A DNA stretch of 63,923 nucleotides, the filler included, from Octopus bimaculoides (Eukaryota): assembly GCF_001194135.2 (NCBI RefSeq). It is 7 parts of 7 records of this genome, joined end to end, with 100 filler letters (N's around TTAATTAATTAA, not from the genome) between each part and the next. Parts side by side here need not be neighbours in the genome. Positions count along the whole stretch, not along the records: positions 27,844 to 33,587 come from NC_069006.1; positions 33,688 to 47,432 come from NC_068987.1; 5 more parts are not named here. One strand, written 5' to 3'. A program made the position numbers and the translations under genes. Below are positions 27,923-40,204 of the stretch, piece by piece. Below the pieces are notes generated by a model. That model saw only the letters and a list, made by a program, of their open reading frames with translations. It did not search any database and was not told the origin of the DNA. Every line of letters starts with the position of its first letter. Positions within the stretch are counted from its first letter, which is position 1.

Positions 27923-28276
27923 CATAGATATATCTTTAAGGCAGTCTTTATGTCCAACTTAACGTGGATGTTGTATTAGAACACCAGAGACTGCATTATT
28001 TATTGTGAGAGGATTTCTCATATTGACACATGGTGTATAAAAGCACTCATATTTATATGATTGCAAGTTGAGAACATTATGCTATGGGTTCTGGAACTGC
28101 CAGATCATGTAATTTCCACCTGCCCTATCTCTTCAGTAGCAGATGTCCTACAGTAGCATATTGACTGAATTTTGCTGTCGATGGTATATAGAATTTTTGT
28201 GTCTTTTCAGGCACTGATGTCTCAAATGGCCAGCAAGCTTATTAAAAACTACTACTGCTTCTGTTCACTATTAATT

Positions 28277-28643
28277 GCTACCTCTGCCTTAGCGAAGGTG
28301 GAGGTATTGTTTTCAGTCGTATTTGTTTGTTTGTCCATGAACAAGATATTTCAAGAACCAATGGATGGATTCGAATGAAACTTTCAGGGATGTTTGGTCT
28401 CATGACCGACATGAACTGATTAGATTTTGGGATTGATCCATTAATGGACAAAGATTCTAGATTATTTTCCCTGTTCTTTTACTTAATTTTTGAGAGCGGT
28501 CAGGTTCATTTTTAGTATTCTCATTTGTGAGAGAAGTCGAGTTTATTTTAGATATTCTTATTTTAAAAATCATCTCTGACTAATCGTTGAGAGGACGTTG
28601 GTATTGCCTTGGTGGAGGTTTGCACTCTCTGAATGCTCTTGTT
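28277..28643 (+). mobile_element. Helentron-associated non-autonomous element (HINE/DINE-1-like)
   Basis: 5' subterminal repeat with its own inverted partner (ACCTCTGCCTT-agcg-AAGGTGGAGGT), a GTTT/GTCC microsatellite, a 3' subterminal repeat CCTTGGTGGAGGT, a 3' stem-loop GCACTCTCTGAATGC and T-rich ends. Confidence 0.7.
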
Positions 28644-28670
28644 ATTATTATTATTATTACATATAATATT

Positions 28671-28883
28671 AAAGTGGTGAGCTGGCAAAACTGATAGCAT
28701 GCTGGGCCAAATGCTTAATGGCACTTCATCCAAATTTATCTTCTGAGTTCAAATTTCACAGAGGTTCACTATGCCTTCCATCCTTTTGGGTACGAGAAAA
28801 TAAGTACCAGTTGAACACTGGGGTCAATGTAATTAACCCACCCCCTCCTCCAAAATTGCTGGCCTTGTGCCAAAATTTGAAAC
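28671..28883 (+). mobile_element. SINE family A copy, strongly CpG-depleted
   Basis: Full length, but nearly all family CpGs read TG or CA. Confidence 0.85.
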
Positions 28884-30329
28884 TATAAATACATATAATA
28901 TTAAGGTAGAGAGCTGGCAAAGCTGTTAGTATATTGGACAAAATGCTTCCTGGGCTGGCATACAGAAAGGCTGGAGTCTGGTACAGCCTTCCAGAGTGCC
29001 ACCCCAGTCAAACCGTCCAACCCACGCCAGCATGGGTAATAGGCATTAAATGATGATAATGATGATGATGATGAGGATGATGATGATGATGGTATAATAA
29101 TATTTATATATGTTTTTCTTTTTCTTTCCGTTTCTGCAGAATGAGGAAGGCGTCCCCTTTTCTGATGGTGTCCTTTGGCCTTGGATCAATTAAAGTTTAC
29201 CTTTGTGTCACTGAAGATTTTAGAGATAGAGAGATAGAGGGGGGGGGGGAGAAGGAAAAAGAGAAAGAAACAAGGAGAGAGTGAAAGTGAGAGAGAGAGA
29301 GAGAAAGAGAAAATCATTAAATGAAAAAAATAAAAGACAAAAAAAAAATTGTAAAGTAGAAAAACAAAACAAAGAAAAAAATAAAGTGAAATAAAAATAT
29401 AAAAGTGAAAACAATTGACTGTTGAGACAACAACAACAACAATTGCAAAAAACTGGTATAGCTATCTGGTTCACCAGTCCTCAGTCAAATCGTCCAACCC
29501 ATGCTAGCATGGAAAGTGGACGTTAAATGATGATGATTGACGTTTGTGTGTGTGTGTTTATGCATGCGTGTGAGCATGTGCATGTGTATATCTGAGTATG
29601 TGCGTATGCATGTGTATGTGTGTGTGTGTGTGTGTGTNNNNNNNNNNNNNNNNNNNNNNNNNNNNNNNNNNNNNNNNNNNNNNNNNNNNNNNNNNNNNNN
29701 NNNNNNNNNNNNNNNNNNNNNNNNNNNNNNNNNNNNNNNNNNNNNNNNNNNNNNNNNNNNNNNNNNNNNNNNNNNNNNNNNNNNNNNNNNNNNNNNNNNN
29801 NNNNNNNNNNNNNNNNNNNNNNNNNNNNNNNNNNNNNNNNNNNNNNNNNNNNNNNNNNNNNNNNNNNNNNNNNNNNNNNNNNNNNNNNNNNNNNNNNNNN
29901 NNNNNNNNNNNNNNNNNNNNNNNNNNNNNNNNNNNNNNNNNNNNNNNNNNNNNNNNNNNNNNNNNNNNNNNNNNNNNNNNNNNNNNNNNNNNNNNNNNNN
30001 NNNNNNNNNNNNNNNNNNNNNNNNNNNNNNNNNNNNNNNNNNNNNNNNNNNNNNNNNNNNNNNNNNNNNNNNNNNNNNNNNNNNNNNNNNNNNNNNNNNN
30101 NNNNNNNNNNNNNNNNNNNNNNNNNNNNNNNNNNNNNNNNNNNNNNNNNNNNNNNNNNNNNNNNNNNNNNNNNNNNNNNNNNNNNNNNNNNNNNNNNNNN
30201 NNNNNNNNNNNNNNNNNNNNNNNNNNNNNNNNNNNNNNNNNNNNNNNNNNNNNNNNNNNNNNNNNNNNNNNNNNNNNNNNNNNNNNNNNNNNNNNNNNNN
30301 NNNNNNNNNNNNNNNNNNNNNNNNNNNNN

Positions 30330-31941
30330 TGAACGGAGATGTGTAGATTTGTGCTGCCTCCAAGAAGTAAGGTGGAGAGGAGGTTCCGCTAGGTTCCTCA
30401 CAGGCAAAGAACACAGGTACAAGATTTTCTGGACAGGGAACACTGACAGGGTCGAGGGCATGGGTATGCTTCTTGCGGAGAAATGGGGTGATAAGGTAAT
30501 CGAGGTAGTTAGAGTATGCGACAGAATACTTAAGATTAGATTAGTGCTTCATCATGGGTTAGCAACCATTATCTCGGCCTATGCCCCTCAGCCGGGGCTA
30601 CTTGATGGACAGAAAGACCAATTTTATGACACCCTCTTGCAGACTACCAGAAAAAGGGAAAGATGGCTGCTTAAATGCCAAAACCTTCCTAGGCAAAGAA
30701 TGTACCCCTCAACATAGACTAGTAGTTAGCGACTTCAGGATCAGGACTAAATGGATACCCAGAAGATGACCAGCATGGAGGAGAAGGGTCTGGAAGCTTA
30801 AAGATCCAGCGAATGGACAGAGATATAGAAACGTATTACTCGAAGCCTTTTACGAAATAGAAGGGGATATAACTTCACACGATGTAGAAGACAACTGGAG
30901 GTTTCTATGGGACAACTTGCTGAGAGCCACTGACCAGATCTGTGGATGGTGCAAAGTCCACTCTCGACCCAAAATAACGTGGTAGTGGAAAAATGTTGTT
31001 GACAGGGCTATTAGACAAAAGAAACAGGCTTGGAAGGACTTGAAGAACAGTGGTAGCAGGGAATTGTATCAGACTGCCAGAAGGGAAGCTAGAAGACAGG
31101 TTTATTTAGCCAGAGGGGAGAAGCAGATAAGAAAAAAATTGCCGATGTTCTGCGCCGTGAGGACCAAAGACTTGAGGTATTTCATGTTGCAAGANNNNNN
31201 NNNNNNNNNNNNNNNNNNNNNNNNNNNNNNNNNNNNNNNNNNNNNNNNNNNNNNNNNNNNNNNNNNNNNNNNNNNNNNNNNNNNNNNNNNNNNNGTCCAA
31301 CCCATGCTAGCATGGAAAGTGGACGTTAAATGATGATGATTGACGTTTGTGTGTGTGTGTTTATGCATGCGTGTGAGCATGTGCATGTGTATATCTGAGT
31401 ATGTGCGTATGCATGTGTATGTGTGTGTGTGTGTGTGTGAGTTTGTGTACGCACATGTGTCAGTGGGTGTGTGAGTGTGTATGAGCTTATGTATGTGTAT
31501 GGATATGTATGTGTGAGTGTGTATGTATGTTTATGTGTGTGTGTAGGTGTGAGTGTATATGTGTTTGTGTGTGTAGGAGTGTATATGTGCGTATATGCAT
31601 GTGTATGAGTGTGTGTATCTACAAGTTTAACTGTGTGTGAGTGTATATGTATGATTGTGTGTATGCATGTGTATGAGTGTGCGTGTGTGTATGTCCGTGA
31701 CGAGGGTTCGGGTCAGGGTTACATAAAAATGTTTAATGTAACCAATTTGTGCGTATGTTATTGCGTGCATAATTGTATCTGAGTTGGCACAATGTATTTG
31801 TATGCATCGGTGTATATGGAGATTATTGTGTGTGAGGGTCTTCAGTGTTGGATTATGTGGGTTTTTTTAATGATTTATTACTTTTCTTTTATATATTCCA
31901 GTCTTGAAACTAGTATGTATTTGTGTGAATACAGTTGCATG

Positions 31942-31977
<36 letters not shown>

Positions 31978-33430
31978 CGGAGATGTGTAGATTTGTGCTG
32001 CCTCCAAGAAGTAAGGTGGAGAGGAGGTTCCGCTAGGTTCCTCACAGGCAAAGAACACAGGTACAAGATTTTCTGGACAGGGAACACTGACAGGGTCGAG
32101 GGCATGGGTATGCTTCTTGCGGAGAAATGGGGTGATAAGGTAATCGAGGTAGTTAGAGTATGCGACAGAATACTTAAGATTAGATTAGTGCTTCATCATG
32201 GGTTAGCAACCANNNNNNNNNNNNNNNNNNNNNNNNNNNNNNNNNNNNNNNNNNNNNNNNNNNNNNNNNNNNNNNNNNNNNNNNNNNNNNNNNNNNNNNN
32301 NNNNNNNNNNNNNNNNNNNNNNNNNNNNNNNNNNNNNNNNNNNNNNNNNNNNNNNNNNNNNNNNNNNNNNNNNNNNNNNNNNNNNNNNNNNNNNNNNNNN
32401 NNNNNNNNNNNNNNNNNNNNNNNNNNNNNNNNNNNNNNNNNNNNNNNNNNNNNNNNNNNNNNNNNNNNNNNNNNNNNNNNNNNNNNNNNNNNNNNNNNNN
32501 NNNNNNNNNNNNNNNNNNNNNNNNNNNNNNNNNNNNNNNNNNNNNNNNNNNNNNNNNNNNNNNNNNNNNNNNNNNNNNNNNNNNNNNNNNNNNNNNNNNN
32601 NNNNNNNNNNNNNNNNNNNNNNNNNNNNNNNNNNNNNNNNNNNNNNNNNNNNNNNNNNNNNNNNNNNNNNNNNNNNNNNNNNNNNNNNNNNNNNNNNNNN
32701 NNNNNNNNNNNNNNNNNNNNNNNNNNNNNNNNNNNNNNNNNNNNNNNNNNNNNNNNNNNNNNNNNNNNNNNNNNNNNNNNNNNNNNNNNNNNNNNNNNNN
32801 NNNNNNNNCGTGAGGACCAAAGACTTGAGGTATTTCATGTTGCAAGACAGTGTAGGAGAGAGAATCATGATGTCGTAGGAGAGAAATGTGTCTGCATGGA
32901 TAATGGTTCACTTGCACTAAACAAGGCTGCAAAGAGAGAGGTTTGGAGATGCCACTATGAAAGGCTGCCTAATAACGAGATTGAATGGGAGAAAGAGAGT
33001 CTGCCGAATGTCGACCCAACAGAAAGACCAGCTATCCAAATTGACAGTACCTTGGTAGATAAAGCAATAAAGAGTATGAAGACAGGGAAAGCCCCCGGCC
33101 CATCAGGAATTACTGTAGAGATGCTCAAAATATCTGGCAGTGTTGGCTATAGCCTAGACACCCATATTGTTAACCAGGTGATACGAGAAGGAGTCATACC
33201 CAATGACTGGTGTAGCAGCACCATAGTCAACTGCTACAAAAGTAGAGGTGACCCTTTAGATACAAATAATTACAGAAGTATCAAGTTGTTAGATTAGGTT
33301 ATGAAAGTTACGGAGAGGGTCATAACCTAGCTAATTAGGGAGAGAGTTAGTTTAGATGAGATGCAGTGCCAGAGAAAAGCACCACTGATGCTATATTTTT
33401 GGTAAGGCAGCTGCAGGAGAAATACCTAGC
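30330..33430 (+). mobile_element. RTE-clade LINE, 5'-truncated (APE endonuclease + start of RT), present twice across gaps
   Basis: VDLCCLQEVRWRG...IISAYAPQ (APE); KSMKTGKAPGPSGITVEMLK...IPNDWCSSTIVNCYKSRGDPLDTNNYRSIKLLD*VMKVTERVI (RT). Several stops and frameshifts. Confidence 0.92.
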
Positions 33431-33738
33431 GCAGAGGGAGCCTCGATCGGCGTTCGTGCCCTTTTCGAACGGGGCTGCGGTCAGGACAAGACGTGTTAAG
33501 CGACGGCCTAGGTTTGGGAAGGTTTGAGAGAAGCAGCTGCTATACCTGGTGTACCTTGGGTCGGGGCAAGCTTCGAGGATCGGATATNNNNNNNNNNNNN
33601 NNNNNNNNNNNNNNNNNNNNNNNNNNNNNNNTTAATTAATTAANNNNNNNNNNNNNNNNNNNNNNNNNNNNNNNNNNNNNNNNNNNNTTATAATTTTTAA
33701 ATAATGATTACCTTTGATGGTTTTTATTCCCATACATG

Positions 33739-33785
<47 letters not shown>

Positions 33786-34278
33786 TTATGTGTGTGTGTG
33801 TGTGTGTGTGTGTGACGAGAAAATGTCCTGTTTTAAAACAAGTGCACTCTCAAGAGAGGATGCCCCGTATGAACAACAACTTAGCGAAGCGAAAAAGAAG
33901 ACATACGTCAGACACACTACACGACGAAACCGCGTTGTTTTCGGCGAGAGCGTCATTCTCGCTGCTGTTGTTGTTGTTGTTGTTATTGTTGTTCAATGTT
34001 AACCCCCGCCTCCACCACCACCACTAATCACACACCACTACCATAATCACTCTCTTTTCTCTTTTCTCTTTCTCTTTCCCCTCTTCTCCTCTCACTCTCT
34101 TCCTCTCTTTCTATCTATATCTGCCTATCTATCTACGTGTCTATCTGCCTATCTATCTATCTTTTTTTTTCCCTAGCTTTATATCTCTCCGTATATCTTT
34201 TACTCAACATTGACGCGTATTTCACTCAGCCTCAGAACAACGGTCCAGCGATTTTGATTGACAATATCTTTAGGTGTG

Positions 34279-34316
<38 letters not shown>

Positions 34317-35326
34317 TGCTTTCCATCTCGTATTGTCTTACGTATTATTTTTCCTTTCCTATTTCTTCTTTTCTGTCTTTCTTCCTTCCGCTTTGTTTTA
34401 TAAACTTTAAAACAAATGTCTTTGCGTAATTTGTACACTGCGTGCTATTTCGACACACCTGTTCACCTTACTTTACATTCATTAAGCGGACAACTTCTAC
34501 ATAATAATTCGAAATAGTAATATAATCTCCCTCAAATCAAAACTTCTCTCTCTCTGTCTTTTTCTAAAGGCACAATGGAAATAATAACTGCTACACACCT
34601 TTCGATCATACCTCTCCACGATCAAATTTAACCTGGGGTTACGCAATTCATTAGTACTTTGTTTTGTCAACACCGGGAGGATAAAAGGAAGAAAAAAGAA
34701 GTCGTTGCGGTTGTATTTGAACTCGTAACATTATGAGTCGCACTTTGTCCGACACATTCACGATTCGCCCGACTAACAGCAGCAGCAATAGAATGTGTCT
34801 ATTGGAAGCGGTAAATAACTTCTAATTTCTCTTTGATTTATCAATGAAAATATGCCACTGTTTCTCATTAGCAAAATCGGAAAGGTGAGGGATGTGGTCA
34901 GACTTAATGCTGTACACTTTTTAGTTGCGTGGCCCTTTGTTTTAAGTTCAAACTCCGCCGGTTTCGATTTTTACCGTTTTTTCCAAATTGTTTGGTATTG
35001 TACTGATGTTATAAATTATACGCAAACACGCTGATATAAATACGTATACATGTTGGGGTTGGTGTGTGTGTGTGTGTGTGTGTTTATTTAGACGAAGGTG
35101 TGGCTGTGTTGTAAAGAGTTAGCTCCCAACCACATGGTTCTAGGATCAGTCTCACTGCGCGGAACCTTGGGCAAGGTATGTTTACATATATATAAGTACA
35201 CACACACACGCGCGCGTATATATATATATATAGTCATGGATATAGACACATACGTATGTCTGTGTACAATATATACGTATAAATATATATACATACATAC
35301 GCATACGCATATACACACACTCATGC

Positions 35327-35359
<33 letters not shown>

Positions 35360-35454
35360 AACACATACTTATGTATTCATATGTCAATGTAGATACATAC
35401 ATAACACACACACTCACACGGACAAGATATATACATGTATACATTCAAGCCAGA

Positions 35455-35466
35455 CTGACAGACAGA

Positions 35467-35543
<77 letters not shown>

Positions 35544-35618
35544 TAGACAGATAGATAGATAGACAGAGACAGACAGACAGGCAGATAGATAGATAGACAT
35601 AGAGACAGACAGACAGGC

Positions 35619-35669
<51 letters not shown>

Positions 35670-35750
35670 CAGATAGACAGATAGACAGACAGAGAGGCAG
35701 ATAGATAGATAGACATAGAGACAGACAGACAGGCAGATAGATAGATAGAC
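35455..35750. repeat. Compound (GATA)n/(GACA)n microsatellite
   Basis: Direct reading; similar tracts at 2957-3125, 20560-20820 and 42350-42432. Confidence 0.95.
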
Positions 35751-35972
35751 CCATCAACCGATTGCATCACCTTCCTTCAGTAAACTTATTTTCCCCAACT
35801 TCTACATTTAAAAGAATTTCTCTTAACAAACCTCGTATTTACTATTTGATGAATCCAGCCCTCACTACTTTTTTTCTCCTCACCATCATCAATATCGATA
35901 CACTATTACTTATAACCGTTTTATTGGCTCCTTGTGACCATAAATAATGTAGAAATCTATACTTCGCAGCGT

Positions 35973-36131
35973 GGCGGCGCATGGCTTAGTGGTTAGGGTG
36001 TCAGCATCATGATCGTAAGAATGTGGTTTCGATTCCTGCACTGGGCGACGCGTTGTGTCCTTGAGCAAAACACTTCATTTCACGCTGCTCCAGTCCACTC
36101 AGCTGGCAAAAATAAGTAACCCTGCGACGGA
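35973..36131 (+). mobile_element. Truncated tRNA-derived SINE fused to the broken end of the Dong relic
   Basis: GGCGGCGCATGGCTTAGTGGTTAGGG...GGTTTCGATTCC; stops at AACCCTGCGACGGA. Confidence 0.7.
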
Positions 36132-36724
36132 CCATACACCTTGTATCCAGAACTTCTTCCATTCAGGAGTTTACTCAGAGGAAACAAAATAATGCTAGAC
36201 AGAATGAATGACGAAGGAGATAATTAGTCTCCTTGAAAGATCCCACAATTGATATTGACTTCTCCAGAGCTTATAGTTGTAGTTTCCGTGTTGAGAATTA
36301 ATGTCGTTTTTCCAGACTTCCATGATAGAAGATAATAAAAATATATTCCAGATAACTGGCGCGATATTTTGAATGTCACTGAAAGATGCATTTTTTCTGT
36401 TGTGACAATCATCAACAATCATTTTGTTAATTAAATGTTGATCCTTGAATCCGTATGACCCACGTTTACAGCCTTTGTGTTCATCAGGGAAAATGTTGTT
36501 GTTAACGAGGAAATCATGTGTGTCCATTAAGATAGATGTAAAAATCTTGTACATTGTTATAAGACATCTAAGCATCTGTAGTTCGTAGGGATCTTTTTTT
36601 TTTTCCACCATATTTGGAGAGCAAAATGTGATACCATTGACCGGCCATTCTGGAGTCATTTATGGTTCCTTCGTAACTACGTTTTAACAGCAAGCTTTTT
36701 GCGTGAGTTTGTAAAAGACATTAA

Positions 36725-37045
36725 CCCATTACCTCCCATAATTCTATTAACTGGAATTTTTTTTTTTTATGAAACTTTGATTTCTAGCATAAAACAGCCT
36801 TAGAAACATGCTGGAATGATCAAAATAACATTTCAAAATAACATTTCAAAATAACATTTCAAAATAACATTTTAAATAGAAATAAGCGAGATATTGGGTA
36901 AAAAATTAGCAAACCTCATTTGAATATCAGAGAAATATACCTAGTAGATATGGCAAAAAGGTTAGATATGTGTAAATATCGACAGATAATTACGAAATTT
37001 GTAATTTTTAAGTGATCTCATATGAGATCACTGGTAGGTAATGGG
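36725..37045. mobile_element. piggyBac-type MITE (321 bp)
   Basis: TTAA-CCCATTACCT ... AGGTAATGGG-TTAA; contains an internal 13-bp tandem (AAAATAACATTTC)x4; inserted in the R4/Dong relic. Confidence 0.85.
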
Positions 37046-37307
37046 TTAATCCAGTAGTTTGGGATTTTATCCTTTCCTGATGACTTCCATTAACTGGACT
37101 TTTCCAATGTAAGCCTGACATCTACACTAAAATCTTTCCATATCTGCTCTTCTGAAAGTTCAATGTCTTGTTTTTGTCTATTAATCGATGAGGCTTCACA
37201 GTTATGCATCCTATCTCTTCTGCCCAAACTTTACTTCAGAACTCAAGTATTTCTTGTTCTGAGAAGACTTCATCTTTTTTTATGGTGTTCTCTCCAATGT
37301 GCCTATA

Positions 37308-37434
37308 CAGGGTATCCACAAAGTCTGGGTACATGGAGTAAATAAAAGCATAACATAAACAACCAAATATAAGAAATAATAATTTCTTAAAGTATGTGTT
37401 AATCCCCATGTACCCAGACTTTGTGGACACCCTG
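37308..37434. mobile_element. Tc1/mariner-type MITE (127 bp)
   Basis: 29-bp TIRs CAGGGTATCCACAAAGTCTGGGTACATGG with 1 mismatch and a TA target duplication; it splits the R4/Dong reading frame at ...NFY|RHIGE. Confidence 0.9.
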
Positions 37435-38318
37435 TAGAAGTTCTTTGGATTATTTTTAAACGTAATAATCTCTGAAGGACCTGAATGGATTTTTTCAAAG
37501 TGTCGTATGCACGCAGTTTTAGCCTACAGTTTTTTTTTTTAATCTTTTCCACTACTTCAGCAAATTGATATTCAATTCATATTTTCTCATTATCTTTCTC
37601 TTCTTAAATGGTTTTATATTATGATTATTGCTAAAAAAAATTTCAGTATNNNNNNNNNNAATCTCTGAAGGACCTGAATGGATTTTTTCAAAGTGTCGTA
37701 TGCACGCAGTTTTAGCCTACAGTTTTTTTTTTTAATCTTTTCCACTACTTCAGCAAATTGATATTCAATTCATATTTTCTCATTATCTTTCTCTTCTTAA
37801 ATGGTTTTATATTATGATTATTGCTAAAAAAAATTTCAGTATTTCAATAGCAGATCAATGAGCATCAATTTGGTTCTTGATTTTTTTCTGGTACGTTGGG
37901 TTTTTTTAAAGAAGACTTGTCACTTTATTTTTCAGTTTTACACCACCCATTTTGGTGCAGAGTGACTCATTCAAAGGTGTGATATCTCATAAATTTTCTT
38001 TTATAATGGTCTTAAGTGCCATATTCACCAAACAGATATTTTTATTTATTTTTTTTTTTACTATTGCGGATCTTACCAACTTCACTGCATTCCTTCATGT
38101 TCAGCGATTGTTTTCTTTTCAAGTTCTTTCAGATCAAATATCTTGATTGCAACACTATTCATTTCCGTTAAATTGTTCCTCTACAATAGCTTCATCTCCA
38201 GGGAGTGTATTTAAGTTTTTTTTAACTGGGCGTCATGTTATTTACTCTTTCCTGTAAAGATTTTTCTACTTTGACTCTGGTATAATCTTTGTCTGTTAAT
38301 TTATGAGTTGTATTCAGT

Positions 38319-38320
<2 letters not shown>

Positions 38321-38398
<78 letters not shown>

Positions 38399-38428
38399 TC
38401 TCTCTCTCTTTCTCTCTCTCTCTCCCTC
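38321..38428. repeat. (CT)n microsatellite inside the Dong relic
   Basis: Direct reading. Confidence 0.95.
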
Positions 38429-39671
38429 AAATCTGTTTGTATAATTTCTTTTCTTTTGTCAGTTTCAATGTCTGTCAACAGTTTCCATTTTATAATATTT
38501 CTGCGTAAACACTCGCGGGTTTATTATTGTTTATGTTTAGCCTGATGTTGGGATTCTTTCCCCTCTGAATCTTACAGGAACATGCAATAAGTTCCGCCTG
38601 TCTATTGTCTTCCCTGTTCATTTCTGTCTTTTAATTTGATTGGTACCTGCTGGTTTTGAACAGGGAGGGCCCTCAGAAGGATGTGTCCTGTTGTAAGAGA
38701 CCTTCAGCCTCATATTGTTGGGAAGCTTTGATGGTTCTTCTCAGGGTGACGTGGTCCTTGTTCACCTGGGCGACGACCGATTCTGTATAAATGTTGATTC
38801 GTTGCCATTAATACATGTTGGATTTCTGAGTAAGCTACCATAGAGATTGGTGTTTTTATTGAGACACCATCTCTGGATAAATTATTCACCGTGGCTCAAA
38901 GAAGCCTATCTACGCCAAACTAAAACAAGCTATTCCATACTGGTTGACATTCCTGTAAGGTACCCCATGGTGGACTTGTGTTCAACACGGGCTGCATTCA
39001 CCACGACTTAGGCCAATGCGACGAAAGTCCCATCTACTCTTTTACCTCCCTTTGTGGTAGACCTGTATTCTGGAGGGCGATCCCAGATTTTGTTCTTGAG
39101 ATATTCATTATCATCATTACTGCCAAAAGTTGGTAATGACGTCATCAGCGGCAATACTAAGAAAGAAAAACTATTTGTATGGCTTTTGACTGTCCAACGT
39201 TCATTCGCCTTTTGACGGATTTAGTTTTTCGTCCTCCAAGATTACCAAATAGAAAGAATAACACCCTCCTCGCAAAGCATGCTCCGTGTGGTTAACGGTT
39301 TAGCCACCGACGACTCGGATTAATCATCCTGACGCGATTTGATTTTACGCCCCTTCGATCCTGGTGATGGGTGAGAGACAAATGTAACATGCCCGGATTA
39401 ATTACACATGCAAGAAAGGCAGTGAAGGACAACGGGGAGAAAAATGGGGTGTGGAAGAGAATATGTATTCCGTAGCGCGACCAAGTCCGCATGGCGGAGT
39501 TGTGACAATAGTGTGGGACGTATCGACCGCAGGGAAAAACTGTGGAATCATTCTCTGTAAAGAAACAAAAAAAAAAATAGACAATAAAAATATTATGGTG
39601 AGGTCGACTTTGTGTTTGGTCCTTTCGAGGTCGACGTAATCAAGTTGGTCCTTTCCTTTGAAATTTCAGGG

Positions 39672-39885
39672 ATTGTGCGGTAGATGGCAGAATCGTTAGC
39701 ATGCTGGGCAGAATGTTCAGTGGCATTTCGTCCATCTTTACATTCTGAGTTCAAATTCCGCCGAGGTCGATACTGCCTTTCATCCTTTCGAGATCGATAA
39801 AATAAGTGACAGCTGAGCACTGGGGTGAATGTAATCAACTTACCCACTGCCCCGATATTGCTGGCTTTGTGCCAAAATCTCAAAC
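39672..39885 (+). mobile_element. SINE family A copy ending in an (ATT)n tail
   Basis: Matches family A; the tail microsatellite (39886-39924) abuts the Dong 3' end. Confidence 0.85.
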
Positions 39886-39924
<39 letters not shown>

Positions 39925-39925
<1 letters not shown>

Positions 39926-40204
39926 GTTCAGTAGTTTTATTTTTATAACGTGCTTTCACTTCACTACCGAGCGCAGCTCTGTGCGCCTTGGGTATGTGCT
40001 GTGGTTTGCTGTGGTGCTCTTATGTTTACTGTATTGAAAGTGTTTTGCGTAGAATGTGTGCAGTACCCAGTAGTGCAATTTTCTGTATGTTATATATATT
40101 TGTAAGTCCTGGTGTTTTTGTTATGTATTTGTCTGAATATTTTTTTATTATACCTAAGGCACCTACTATGATAGGAATTGTTTCTGTTTTTAGATTCCAC
40201 ATTC
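39925..40204 (-). mobile_element. R4/Dong-clade LINE 3' end, subfamily 1 (continues into an N gap)
   Basis: Intact frame 40202-40026 MWNLKTETIPIIVGALGIIKKYSDKYITKTPGLTNIYNIQKIALLGTAHILRKTLSIQ* (restriction-like endonuclease C-terminus), a ~100-nt 3'UTR, then (AAT)n. Confidence 0.88.

Larger units (their letters stand above)
36132..39105 (-). mobile_element. Old R4/Dong-clade non-LTR retrotransposon relic (5' end to mid-RT; 3'-truncated)
   Basis: Minus-strand motifs in order: KRQK*TxEDNR, FKNNPKNFY|RHIGENT, WKSSGKDKIPNYWI, TPEWPVNGITF, CLITMYKIFTSI, EHKGCKRGSYGFKDQHLINKMI, NINCGIFQGD*LSP. Many stops and frameshifts. Confidence 0.85.

Noticed and set aside
29470-33430. Apparent tandem duplication of RTE tail + GT tract + RTE body
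   Set aside because: 29470-29637 equals 31294-31435, 30330-30572 equals 31975-32212 and 31158-31194 equals 32809-32845; each copy's N gap has roughly the length of the part sequenced in the other. Most likely one locus represented twice.
37467-37842. 183-bp perfect direct repeat
   Set aside because: The two copies flank a 10-N gap; unmerged contig overlap. The same applies to 7744-7839 versus 7983-8078.
38950-39100. HDV-like ribozyme in the Dong relic 5' UTR
   Set aside because: Several hairpins are present but I could not assign P1/P1.1/P2/P3 with a proper L3 by eye.
39095-39150. CTGATGA on the minus strand followed by a hairpin (also CTGATGA-tatct-GAAA near 6270, minus)
   Set aside because: No GAAA after the stem in the first case and no stem II in the second; not hammerheads.
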